From an uncultured archaeon (lineage in GTDB: Archaea > Asgardarchaeota > Lokiarchaeia > Sigyniarchaeales > SOKP01), in the NCBI GenBank assembly GCA_964508365.1, contig CAZDTP010000005.1, positions 1 through 64,000 on the forward strand: a DNA stretch of 64,000 bases. Reading direction: 5' to 3'. Under the pieces are notes generated by a model. The model ran no database searches. It was given only the letters and a program-made list of their open reading frames with translations, and was not told where the DNA came from. Below are positions 1 through 8,720 of the stretch, in pieces. The position numbers and the translations under genes were made by a program. Position 1 is the stretch's first letter; each line of letters opens with the position of its first letter.

Positions 1-2
1 TT

Positions 3-98
3 TCTGATGAGAGATTTGTCATTGAATGGATCTCTGCAGCAGAAGGAAAAAAATTTGCTGATAAAGTCTCGCAAGTAAGTAAAATAGCGTTAAAATAG
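3..98 (+). CDS. mvhD: 3' end (partial) of hydrogenase/heterodisulfide-reductase-associated Fe-S subunit, MvhD-like
   Basis: Frame 3 reads SDERFVIEWISAAEGKKFADKVSQVSKIALK*, matching the MvhD C-terminal motif ER...EW(I/V)S(A)xEGxxFA; the gene runs off the window edge. Confidence 0.7.
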   Translation, partial: SDERFVIEWISAAEGKKFADKVSQVSKIALK

Positions 99-162
99 AT
101 GTTCCTTTTTTGCCTTTTCTTAAATAATTTGAACTTTTAGATAATAAGGGGATTAATTCTAG

Positions 163-288
163 AAAAAATCTTCTGAAAATATAATTCCCATTATGATTGA
201 GGTGGTAAAATTTTATACAACAATAGAAGAGATAGGTACAGTCCTAAGAGAAGTCTTTGGTGAATATGAAAGGCCTCAAAGAGTTTAA
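163..288 (+). pseudogene. Orphan C-terminal fragment of methylmalonyl-CoA mutase large (substrate-binding) subunit
   Basis: Translates KKSSENIIPIMIEVVKFYTTIEEIGTVLREVFGEYERPQRV*, similar to the mutase C-terminal consensus ENLMPxIIEAVKAYATLGEIxxVLREVFGEY; in-frame TAG at 160-162 immediately upstream. Confidence 0.75.
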
Positions 289-289
289 G

Positions 290-1720
290 TTATAATTTCG
301 ATTTATTCCTATATTTAGTAATTTTAGGCAATAATGGCAGAAATTCTTGTGGATCTCCGAAAATGGTTATTTTATTTTCTTTAATTTTAGTAAGAAAATC
401 ACTAATTTCATTCGGTCGAGTAAGATGCTGTGTAATTAAAATTAGAGGTTTATTATGTTTGTGTCCTAAGGTTAGGCTCTCTAAAACAACATTGAAAAAA
501 GCATTAGTATCTTTTATTCTAGGTGGCAAAGTAAGATAAAAACCAGGCAAATCCATAATAAGGCCATCAATATTTTTATCTGATAATACAATATCTATAA
601 CTTCCTTAACGATATTTATATCAAAAAATTGGGCTGCGAAATCAAGTGGGTTATTGGGGCTTGTTCCAGCCATAAAAAACTTCTTTGAAATCTCAATTTG
701 TATGTTGGGGGAAAATGGAGGAACTTTTAATCCTGACTTTTCAATTAAATCGGCTAAAACTACCCCATAACCTCCAGATATACTTATTACTGCTAAATTT
801 CGTAGTTTAAAACCTCCGTAACAATCAATTAAACGAGCTGTATGAAGTAACTGCTCTAAAGAATCAACTTCGATGATGTTATATTGACGAAAGAAATTTT
901 TCCAGATTTTATTATTCCCCGATATTGAAGCTGTGTGAGTTTTGGCTGCAATAGCTCCTATTTCGCTTTGTCCCCCTTTTAGAACTATTATAGGCTTGGT
1001 GTTATTCTTAAGAATTGCTCTAAGAGTATCTATCCGACCTTCTTTAATTCCTTCTAGATAACATAGGATAATTTCTGTTTCTGGATCGTTTATTAAAAAG
1101 GAGAGAAGGTCTACAAAATCTAAATCAGCGCCATTTCCAAACGAAAAGACTTTAGAGAAATTAATACCCAATTCAATAGAGGAATAGATAGCAATGTTGC
1201 ATATTCCTCCAGATTGAGCAATAAATCCAATGTTTCCAGCGACTGATGGGAATCCTGTACGCCAAGCGATCCCAAACTTAGGATAGAATAACCCTAATCC
1301 ATTCGGCCCTAAAATTCTTACTTTATTCTTTGCTCTTCTTACTAATTCTTTTTCCAACTCAGCACCTTCCTCTGTTCCGGCATCTGAAAATTCTGAGGTA
1401 AAAACGGTAACCAATTTTACTCCTTTTTCTACGCATTCATCCATTACTTCCAACACTTTTTTTGCTGGAATTGCGATAAAAGCGAAATCTATTGCTTCTG
1501 GGATCTCAAGGATTGAAGAATAAATTTTATCTTCAGGAAAATTAGGTATTTCCTCTGCATTAGGATGTACAGCGTATAGATTGCCTTTAAAAGCATATTG
1601 GTGGTTTCTCAAAAAGAAATAATCCCTCTTCTTTGATGCTCCAATAATAGCAATTGATCTTATGTCATTGATAAAAGATGTGTCTTTTACACCAATGTCT
1701 TTATTCTCTACATTCTCCAT
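290..1720 (-). CDS. Acyl-CoA synthetase (NDP-forming) alpha-subunit-like, CoA-binding protein
   Basis: SIAIIGAS CoA-binding start, RILGPNGLG, AQSGG, SFGNGADL, KGGQSE..AAKTHTAS (phospho-His region), NPLD; no ATP-grasp domain. Confidence 0.9.
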   Translation of the reverse strand: MENVENKDIGVKDTSFINDIRSIAIIGASKKRDYFFLRNHQYAFKGNLYAVHPNAEEIPNFPEDKIYSSILEIPEAIDFAFIAIPAKKVLEVMDECVEKGVKLVTVFTSEFSDAGTEEGAELEKELVRRAKNKVRILGPNGLGLFYPKFGIAWRTGFPSVAGNIGFIAQSGGICNIAIYSSIELGINFSKVFSFGNGADLDFVDLLSFLINDPETEIILCYLEGIKEGRIDTLRAILKNNTKPIIVLKGGQSEIGAIAAKTHTASISGNNKIWKNFFRQYNIIEVDSLEQLLHTARLIDCYGGFKLRNLAVISISGGYGVVLADLIEKSGLKVPPFSPNIQIEISKKFFMAGTSPNNPLDFAAQFFDINIVKEVIDIVLSDKNIDGLIMDLPGFYLTLPPRIKDTNAFFNVVLESLTLGHKHNKPLILITQHLTRPNEISDFLTKIKENKITIFGDPQEFLPLLPKITKYRNKSKL

Positions 1721-1869
1721 TATTATTTTAAAATTAAAGATGAGATTAATAGTTTTTATCTTTAATTTTGCGATGAAAATATATATTTAATAGTAAAAGG
1801 TTGATTATTCAATAACAGTACCTAAGAAAAACTTTTTAAAATTTTTTTAAAATAAGGAGCGGTAATAAT

Positions 1870-2841
1870 TTGGAAGGATGGAAAGAACAACTTAAGTATG
1901 ATCCATTGGCTCCTCTTATTTCGAGCAAAAACGAAGCGATATTATATTTCGCTAAACGAGATCTTCTGGAAGAAGGAGTCGAACCACTCGGAACATTATG
2001 GATTTTACCACAAGCTATCAAGATTATTAACCAACAACAGGAAGATGGGTATTGGAGGTATTCCGCTTGGAAAACTAAGTTAGATGAGCCAGAAAATTAT
2101 AATCTTCTTGAAACATACAGACAATTAGGATTTCTTGTCGAAAAATATGGTTTTACAAAAGAACAAGATGCGATTAAAAAAGCTGCGGAATATGTTTTTT
2201 CTTGTCAAACGGATGAAGGAGATATTAGGGGATTTTATGGTACTCAATACAGCCCTAATTATACAGCAGCAATAACTGAATTATTAATTAAAGCAGGATA
2301 TGGTAATGATCATCGAGTTAAAAGGATCCTTGACTGGTTATTATCCATGCGGCAAGAAGATGGGGGATGGGCTATTGCAATGAGAACAAATAACGCTAAA
2401 TACCTAGATGCCGTGAATAGCCCTATTGCATTTGAACCTAATAGGAAAAAATCTTTTTCTCATATGGTGACTGGAATAGTACTTAGAGCATTTGCTGCAC
2501 ATTCTAAATATAGAAATAATAAAGCGGTGAAAGTAGCGGGTGAACTTTTAACTTCACGGTTCTTTAAACCTGATAAATACGCCGATCGCAGAAGTGTGGA
2601 ATATTGGACAAAAGTATCGTTCCCATTTTGGTGGACTGACATTATATCTTCGCTTGATTCTCTCTCTTACCTTGGTTTCGCTACCTCTCATCCGCAAATA
2701 AAATTAGCACTTGGGATATTAAGAGATAAGCAATCAGAGAGCGGAATGTGGGACTTGAAATTATTAAAAACCAAAGATCAAAATCTCTCTTTATGGATCA
2801 ATTTGGCAATTTGTCGAATAATTAAGCGATTTTATGCTTGA
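1870..2841 (+). CDS. Prenyltransferase/squalene-oxidase (QW) repeat alpha-alpha toroid protein
   Basis: Repeated QxxDGxW-type motifs (QQEDGYW, CQTDEG, RQEDGGW, QSESGMW); TTG start. Confidence 0.75.
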   Translation: MEGWKEQLKYDPLAPLISSKNEAILYFAKRDLLEEGVEPLGTLWILPQAIKIINQQQEDGYWRYSAWKTKLDEPENYNLLETYRQLGFLVEKYGFTKEQDAIKKAAEYVFSCQTDEGDIRGFYGTQYSPNYTAAITELLIKAGYGNDHRVKRILDWLLSMRQEDGGWAIAMRTNNAKYLDAVNSPIAFEPNRKKSFSHMVTGIVLRAFAAHSKYRNNKAVKVAGELLTSRFFKPDKYADRRSVEYWTKVSFPFWWTDIISSLDSLSYLGFATSHPQIKLALGILRDKQSESGMWDLKLLKTKDQNLSLWINLAICRIIKRFYA

Positions 2842-2854
2842 TTATGCTAATTTA

Positions 2855-4306
2855 TTAATCTACTTTTTCAGTCATATAAGGCTTTAAGGCTTTAATCGCT
2901 ATCGCATAAAGAGGTATTACACTTAATTCGATAAATATTGAAATTGCGAAAGGAGCAATAGGGGCTATGTTATCATACGCAAATCCCCCTATTATAGGTC
3001 CCAAAACCGCACCGAATAAGCTTAACCATTGCGCTGCTCCAAAAACTTTTCCACGGTGAATTTTTGATATTCGACTAAGGATATTTTGTAAAATTAAGTT
3101 ACCCCCCCACGCAAAAGTTGCGTCGAAGAGTAATAGGAGACCAAACATATATCCCGATGTTGTGCTAATTATTAACCATGTTACGAACGCACCTAAGCCG
3201 CTCACAAAAGCTACCCCTAGTACAGGATTAATTTTATCTGCTATCTTACCTAATTTAGGTGCTAATAATAAAGAAATAATTTGACTTGGGAAATAGATTA
3301 TCATTACAAGCGTGGGATCTGCGATTTTCAATTCTTCTCTTAAATATACTTGAAAGAAAGGATAAGCTAACATTTGATTAAGATTACTAGTCATGAAAGC
3401 AATAACTAAAACACTGAAACCGAGAAAGAATCCAATACTTAAATTATTTCTGGACTTTAACGGAACTTCAAGTATAACTGGTTCCTTGGAAACAATACTC
3501 GGCTCGATAGAAGATGGAAAAAGATTAAAAACATGCTTTTCAAATGTTAATTTCTCATCTACTTTCAAATGGAATACAAATCCTCCAAAAATGTTTGATG
3601 TGGCAAAGAGTAATAGAGGACAATAAACCAAAAAGAGATTCTCCGGAACAAATGAATTTGCTAACCAAAATATTAAAAAACTAATTACTGATCCAACGAA
3701 GTTTCCTTTTCCTATCATTCCTGCACGCTTTCCAAAAGCAAATGAACGATTAAGTTTATTTGATTTCTCGGAAATTAATGTATCTAAAGGCGTCCAAAAA
3801 AAACCAACAAAAAATCCTAAAACAAACATACCAGCAATAAACAACAAAAAAGACGATAGAAGAATTCCTATATACATTAGAATATAACAAGCAGCACGCC
3901 CAAAACTTCCAATAAGGATTAAAATTTTCCTTGAAACGCGATCAGTCAAATAACCTACAATAGGAGCGCTAAGTAAACCCCCGATCGTTTGTATCGAAAA
4001 AGCAATGCCTAATTCCGTTTTTGAAACTCCTAATAATTGAACTGTGACATAAGGGATTAAAAATGAAAAGAAGAAGAATCCCATACTATTCCAAAAGATA
4101 ATTCTTATCATTGGTATAAAATCTGGAGTCATTTTAACATTATTTTCATCCTCTTCCCCATTATCCTTTGAGTCATCTGATTTTAGCTCTTTGGGGGTGC
4201 TAAACGGATCAGAACGATTTTTAATGTCAGAATTTTTTACCAAAAAAAAAAACCCCTTTGGTGTTATTATATTTAAAAAAGAACCATATCCTAAATAGTT
4301 CATCAT
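2855..4306 (-). CDS. MFS transporter
   Basis: About 12 hydrophobic segments; GYLTDRVSRK and GKIADK motif A. True start is probably downstream of the ORF-track ATG. Confidence 0.9.
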   Translation of the reverse strand: MMNYLGYGSFLNIITPKGFFFLVKNSDIKNRSDPFSTPKELKSDDSKDNGEEDENNVKMTPDFIPMIRIIFWNSMGFFFFSFLIPYVTVQLLGVSKTELGIAFSIQTIGGLLSAPIVGYLTDRVSRKILILIGSFGRAACYILMYIGILLSSFLLFIAGMFVLGFFVGFFWTPLDTLISEKSNKLNRSFAFGKRAGMIGKGNFVGSVISFLIFWLANSFVPENLFLVYCPLLLFATSNIFGGFVFHLKVDEKLTFEKHVFNLFPSSIEPSIVSKEPVILEVPLKSRNNLSIGFFLGFSVLVIAFMTSNLNQMLAYPFFQVYLREELKIADPTLVMIIYFPSQIISLLLAPKLGKIADKINPVLGVAFVSGLGAFVTWLIISTTSGYMFGLLLLFDATFAWGGNLILQNILSRISKIHRGKVFGAAQWLSLFGAVLGPIIGGFAYDNIAPIAPFAISIFIELSVIPLYAIAIKALKPYMTEKVD

Positions 4307-4412
4307 TTCAGCATAAATAGGTATCTTATCGATTATAGGAATAACCTTTTTTTTGTAGAAATACTAATCTTATTACAATTCGATTTTTTGAAAAAAAAAA
4401 GTGAAAAATTAA

Positions 4413-5411
4413 ATGTTAACTCCAGAACACATTAAAGAAATCTTAAATGAATATACGATTAATCTTAGATTCCATGCTCGTGGAGGACAAGGAGGTGTAA
4501 CTGCTTCAAATCTCTGCGTGGAAGCTTTCTATGGTTACGGTGTGTGCCAACCTAAGTTTGGTGCAGAACGAATGGGAAGTCCAACTGAAAGCTATGTTAG
4601 ACTTTCTGCGAACGCTGATCTAGTAAGGTCAAACGAACAGGTATATGGCCCTCATTTCGTATCTGTGTTAGATGAATCGTTACTCTCAGAAGTAGATGTA
4701 ACTGCTGGCGTACCGAAAGGTGGTTGGTTGATAGTAAATACCGTAATGGATCAACTAACCATTCAAGAAGCTGTAAAGAGAAAAGACATAAACATTGCTA
4801 CAATCGATGCTACCCGAATTGCTCTAGATGTTTTAGGTCGAAACATTACAAATACTATTATATTAGGTGCTTTAATAAGAATCTCTCACCTCTTTACTCT
4901 CGAAGAATTATCTAATGCTATCATGAAGCGATTCAAAGGAGCTATAGCAGGAAAAAATATCGAAGCAATAAAGCAAGCAATTGAAGAAACGTGCATATTT
5001 GACATCGGAGTCGACCCAGATTTTACGGTTGACACTAAAGTACCGTGGCAACAACTAGATTTAGGCTTACCTGGATATAAGGAATTAGATAAAGCGGGTG
5101 TTTGGTATTGCGACGAAGAAGTAATCCCTGTTGGAAGCGATCAAGTGAATACTGGTTCTTGGGGCGAATGGGATATGATTTGGGATGCGGAAACATGTAC
5201 AAATTGCGCTCAGTGTTGGTTCATTTGCCCTGATTTTGCTATTCTTAGAGAAAAAGGGGAAGACGGTAAATATCATATGATTGGAATTGATATATTTCAT
5301 TGTAAATCATGTTTAAATTGTCTAAATATCTGCCCTGTTCAAGCAATAAGTAAAAAATTAAAACAAGGACCGGCTGCTTGTGCAGTACCGGAAGAAAGTG
5401 GAGGTATTTAA
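4413..5411 (+). CDS. porC: 2-oxoacid:ferredoxin oxidoreductase gamma subunit fused to delta (2x[4Fe-4S]) subunit
   Basis: RFHARGGQGGVTA, FGAERMGSP, NTIILGA (gamma), followed by TGSW...CTNCAQCWFICPD...CKSCLNCLNICP (delta ferredoxin). Confidence 0.92.
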   Translation: MLTPEHIKEILNEYTINLRFHARGGQGGVTASNLCVEAFYGYGVCQPKFGAERMGSPTESYVRLSANADLVRSNEQVYGPHFVSVLDESLLSEVDVTAGVPKGGWLIVNTVMDQLTIQEAVKRKDINIATIDATRIALDVLGRNITNTIILGALIRISHLFTLEELSNAIMKRFKGAIAGKNIEAIKQAIEETCIFDIGVDPDFTVDTKVPWQQLDLGLPGYKELDKAGVWYCDEEVIPVGSDQVNTGSWGEWDMIWDAETCTNCAQCWFICPDFAILREKGEDGKYHMIGIDIFHCKSCLNCLNICPVQAISKKLKQGPAACAVPEESGGI

Positions 5412-5412
5412 A

Positions 5413-6636
5413 ATGTCAGTAGAACCAATGAAATTATTTTTCAAAGAGATTAAAGAGCCCATCGAGACGGCAATGATTGGGAATTATGCTGTGGCTGGAG
5501 GAGTTACCCAAACGGACCCTGATGTAATTTGTGCTTTTCCAATTACCCCTCAAACTCAATCCGTTGAGGGATTATCTGATGTCGTTCATCAAGGAAGATT
5601 AAAAGCAGCCTTCGTTAATGTCGAATCTGAATTAGCAGCTATAAGTTATTCAACAGCAGCTTGCGCTGCAGGTGCCAGAACCTTTACAGCTACAGCATCA
5701 CAAGGTTATTTATTAATGTCAGAAGCCTTGCCTATGGCAGTTGGTTGGCGTGTCCCGCTAACGATGATGATTTCAGCGAGAGCTTTTAACGCTCCTAATC
5801 TCTCTATATGGAACAGTTGGGAATATGTGTTAACTGATTACGGTTGGAATTGTATGGTATCGGAGAATGTTCAAGAAACCTACGATGCAGCAATTTTGTC
5901 AGTTATGATATCTGACAATTCTTTGTTTCCAACTATGTTTGTACACGATGGTTTTATTATTTCTCATTCCGTTCAGAAATTATGGTTAATTCCAGACGAG
6001 GTGGTACGGAGATTAACGCCAAAAAAACATCGCCACACAATTACAACTAAACATCCTGGTGTATGGGGCGGAATTGTAACTCCCAGTTTTTTTATGGAAG
6101 GAAGAAAAAATCTTGATGAAGCGAAGAAACCCGTGTTAAATATAATGAAAAAGGCATTCGAAGAATTCGGAAAAGCAACTGGTCGCCATTATAACTTAAT
6201 TGAAACCTACAACTTAGATAATTCTTCGAGAATGGCATTTATTACTATGGGATCGATGTGTGGAAACATCATTAGTTGGATGACTAAAAACAAGGACATA
6301 GGGCTAATTAAAATAAGAGCTTATAGACCCTTCCCTTACGAGGAATTACAAAAGATTGTCCAAGAGCATAACATCGAAAAACTAATTATTCTAGAAAAAT
6401 CAGATTCGTTAAATAATCTTTTACCACCATTTTCCACTTCAATAGCAACAGCGTTGTATCCGCTTAAAACTCTATTTAGATGCTTTATTGTAGGACTAGG
6501 TGGACGGGACGTTACTCGAGATGAATTTGCAGTCGCAAAGAAGAAAATGGAATCTGTTAACGATATGAAAGGACAGCTCTATACTTACCTTGGCGTACGT
6601 GAGACTAAGAATAAAATCTATGAGGTGAACAGATAA
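5413..6636 (+). CDS. porA: 2-oxoacid:ferredoxin oxidoreductase alpha subunit
   Basis: GNYAVA, FPITPQT, ESELAA, TATASQG, IKIRAYRPFP, GLGGRDVT. Start placed at ATG 5413 after GAGGT; the ORF-track start at 5380 overlaps the gamma-delta gene. Confidence 0.92.
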   Translation: MSVEPMKLFFKEIKEPIETAMIGNYAVAGGVTQTDPDVICAFPITPQTQSVEGLSDVVHQGRLKAAFVNVESELAAISYSTAACAAGARTFTATASQGYLLMSEALPMAVGWRVPLTMMISARAFNAPNLSIWNSWEYVLTDYGWNCMVSENVQETYDAAILSVMISDNSLFPTMFVHDGFIISHSVQKLWLIPDEVVRRLTPKKHRHTITTKHPGVWGGIVTPSFFMEGRKNLDEAKKPVLNIMKKAFEEFGKATGRHYNLIETYNLDNSSRMAFITMGSMCGNIISWMTKNKDIGLIKIRAYRPFPYEELQKIVQEHNIEKLIILEKSDSLNNLLPPFSTSIATALYPLKTLFRCFIVGLGGRDVTRDEFAVAKKKMESVNDMKGQLYTYLGVRETKNKIYEVNR

Positions 6637-6637
6637 G

Positions 6638-7723
6638 ATGTCAAAACCAGAAAGAAATGTAATTAAATTCGAAGATATCTTAGCAAGAGATGGAAAATCT
6701 AATGTATTATTTTTAAACTACGATAACGAAGCTTTTATGAACACAGGGATTCAAGAATCAGGTGCTACGCCACCGCACGCTTCGACAACCACTGGACCCG
6801 GTGGAGAAAAAATTCCCGGTAAAGTTGGTGTAAAACAAGATTTAGTTACTCCTTTTGCTTTTTACGGGACAAAATCGTTATTTTTAGCAACGGCAAACCC
6901 CGCTTATCCAGCAGATTTTATGGGAAAAGTTGCTGATGCGTTAAAGTCAAATGGGTCTGCTTTTATTCAAATTTATTCAGATTGCATGCGAGGATGGCGA
7001 CATAGTGCAGAAGACGCGGTGAAAATTTCAAAATTAGCTACGGATTGCGGTTATTGGCCTCTTTACACTATTAGAGTAAAAGATGGAATTCCAACATTTT
7101 CTTATTATCGTGGATTAGAAATTAATAAGGAGAAATTTATAGAATTCCTAAAATCAATGGGCAGGTTTAGACATCTCTTTAAACCACAATTTTTGGAAAA
7201 AGAAATTGATGAAATAATTTACTATACTGAACAACGTAACCTTAAACTAAAAGGACTTATTGAACAGTTTGGAGCCGAAAAACCAATAGACTTTTATCAA
7301 GTGAATCGAAGAACTTTAGAACCTCAAACTCACTTACATCCTGGACACGGATTATGCCCTGGTTGTGGCGCTGGAATGGTCTTGAATCAGATGGCTACAG
7401 CAGCTACAGCAGTTGCGGGTAATAATATTATTTACGTGAATAATACGAGTTGCAGTGAAGTATCGACAGCGAAAGATTTTGTTACCTCGTGGAAGGTTCC
7501 TTGGGTTCACCACTTATTTGAATCAGGTGCAACTATTGCAGAAGGAATAAGCACAACCTATAAAATTCTTAAATCTAAAGGTTTATTCAATGGAGAGGTG
7601 CCGTATGTTATACACATTGCCGGTGACGGTTCTACATATGACATTGGGTTTCAATTTCTCAAAGCTGCCCTTATTCGAACAAGTTCTTTCGTCGAAATGA
7701 ATGAATACTTACAACAAAAATAG
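6638..7723 (+). CDS. porB: 2-oxoacid:ferredoxin oxidoreductase beta subunit, circularly permuted
   Basis: All PorB motifs are present but the order is rotated: YDNEAFMNTG(29-36), SDCMRGW(Cys116), GRFRHL, then PGHGLCPGCG(Cys240/243), NTSCSEV(Cys272), WKVPWVH, GDGSTYDIGFQ(329). Confidence 0.9.
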   Translation: MSKPERNVIKFEDILARDGKSNVLFLNYDNEAFMNTGIQESGATPPHASTTTGPGGEKIPGKVGVKQDLVTPFAFYGTKSLFLATANPAYPADFMGKVADALKSNGSAFIQIYSDCMRGWRHSAEDAVKISKLATDCGYWPLYTIRVKDGIPTFSYYRGLEINKEKFIEFLKSMGRFRHLFKPQFLEKEIDEIIYYTEQRNLKLKGLIEQFGAEKPIDFYQVNRRTLEPQTHLHPGHGLCPGCGAGMVLNQMATAATAVAGNNIIYVNNTSCSEVSTAKDFVTSWKVPWVHHLFESGATIAEGISTTYKILKSKGLFNGEVPYVIHIAGDGSTYDIGFQFLKAALIRTSSFVEMNEYLQQK

Positions 7724-7755
7724 TCTACTTTTATTTACTTTTTTTTCTTAACAAA

Positions 7756-8601
7756 ATGATCATGACTTATTCAAAAAAAAATATATTGATAACAGGTGCT
7801 AGTTCTGGAATTGGGAGGGCTTGTACTGAATATTTAGCACTCAGTGGGTTTAAAATTTACGCTGGTGCTAGAAAAAAAGAAGATATTGAAGCTCTTAATG
7901 GGATCAAGAATGTGATAGGCTTAAAAATTGATGTCACCAATGATCAGACTATTAAAGATGCATTTAATTACATAAAAAATGAAAATTCGGGGTTATTTGC
8001 AATTATTAATAATGCTGGAATTGTTTCAGCTGGGCCATTAATGGATATAAGTACCAATGATTTAATCAATCAATTTAATGTAAATCTAATTGGTGTCCAT
8101 AGAATCACCTCAGTTTTTTTTCCTCTTATACTAGAATCTAAAGGGCGAATAATAATGATAAGCAGCAACTCTGGTTTTTTTGCTGCCCCTTTTTTTGGTC
8201 CATATAGTTCAAGTAAATTTGCTTTAGAGGGGTATGCAGATTCTCTTCGAAGAGAACTTTTATTGTATGATGTGAAAGTAATTATCATCCAACCGGGGAG
8301 GATTAATACTCCAATTTGGAGTAAAGGGGAGGAATTACTGCTAAAATTTAAAGGATCCATATTTGAGAAGGAAGCTGTTGTTATTGGTAAACATGAAATT
8401 GACAAAGGTAAAACTGACTCATTAGACCCGACAGAAGTTGCAAAAATAATTTTAAAAGGATTAATAACAAAAAAACCAAAGAATAGGTACATGATTGTCC
8501 CCAATGTGTTTAGGAACAAGATGTTAAAAATCCTATCATCTAAAAGAATCGATAATATTTTGAGAAAGGAATTATTGAAAATTAAAAATAGAAAAGAATG
8601 A
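7756..8601 (+). CDS. Short-chain dehydrogenase/reductase (SDR)
   Basis: TGASSGIG, NNAG, SS, YSSSK catalytic motif. Confidence 0.95.
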   Translation: MIMTYSKKNILITGASSGIGRACTEYLALSGFKIYAGARKKEDIEALNGIKNVIGLKIDVTNDQTIKDAFNYIKNENSGLFAIINNAGIVSAGPLMDISTNDLINQFNVNLIGVHRITSVFFPLILESKGRIIMISSNSGFFAAPFFGPYSSSKFALEGYADSLRRELLLYDVKVIIIQPGRINTPIWSKGEELLLKFKGSIFEKEAVVIGKHEIDKGKTDSLDPTEVAKIILKGLITKKPKNRYMIVPNVFRNKMLKILSSKRIDNILRKELLKIKNRKE

Positions 8602-8720
8602 ATGGTAAAAAACAACAAGTGTTTATCTCACCAAAACAATTATTTCCACGAGATTATAGCTACATTGCACTAGATCTTCTATATCTTTAGAAAAGGATCA
8701 AATGAAATATCATTCTGGGA

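Noticed and set aside
99-230. SECIS-like element downstream of the mvhD-like gene (ATGA...AAAA...AGA)
   Set aside because: Stem pairing is poor and the same bases are better explained as a mutase coding remnant; the Sec-bearing part of the gene, if any, is outside the window.
5380-5412. N-terminal extension of porA given by the ORF track
   Set aside because: It overlaps the gamma-delta gene; GAGGT followed by ATG 5413 is the better start.
6638-7723. PorB rearrangement as a simple assembly artefact
   Set aside because: No nucleotide-level repeat at the gene ends, a seamless in-frame linker, an intact RBS and operon position, and diverged duplicated helices argue for an old biological event; read mapping is still advised.
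8070-8618. 182-aa minus-strand ORF, and the other overlapping ORFs in the track (e.g. 23581-24114, 26091-26624, 27477-27785, 30632-30964, 58686-58991)
   Set aside because: Antisense or alternate-frame shadows of well-supported genes, with no motifs of their own.
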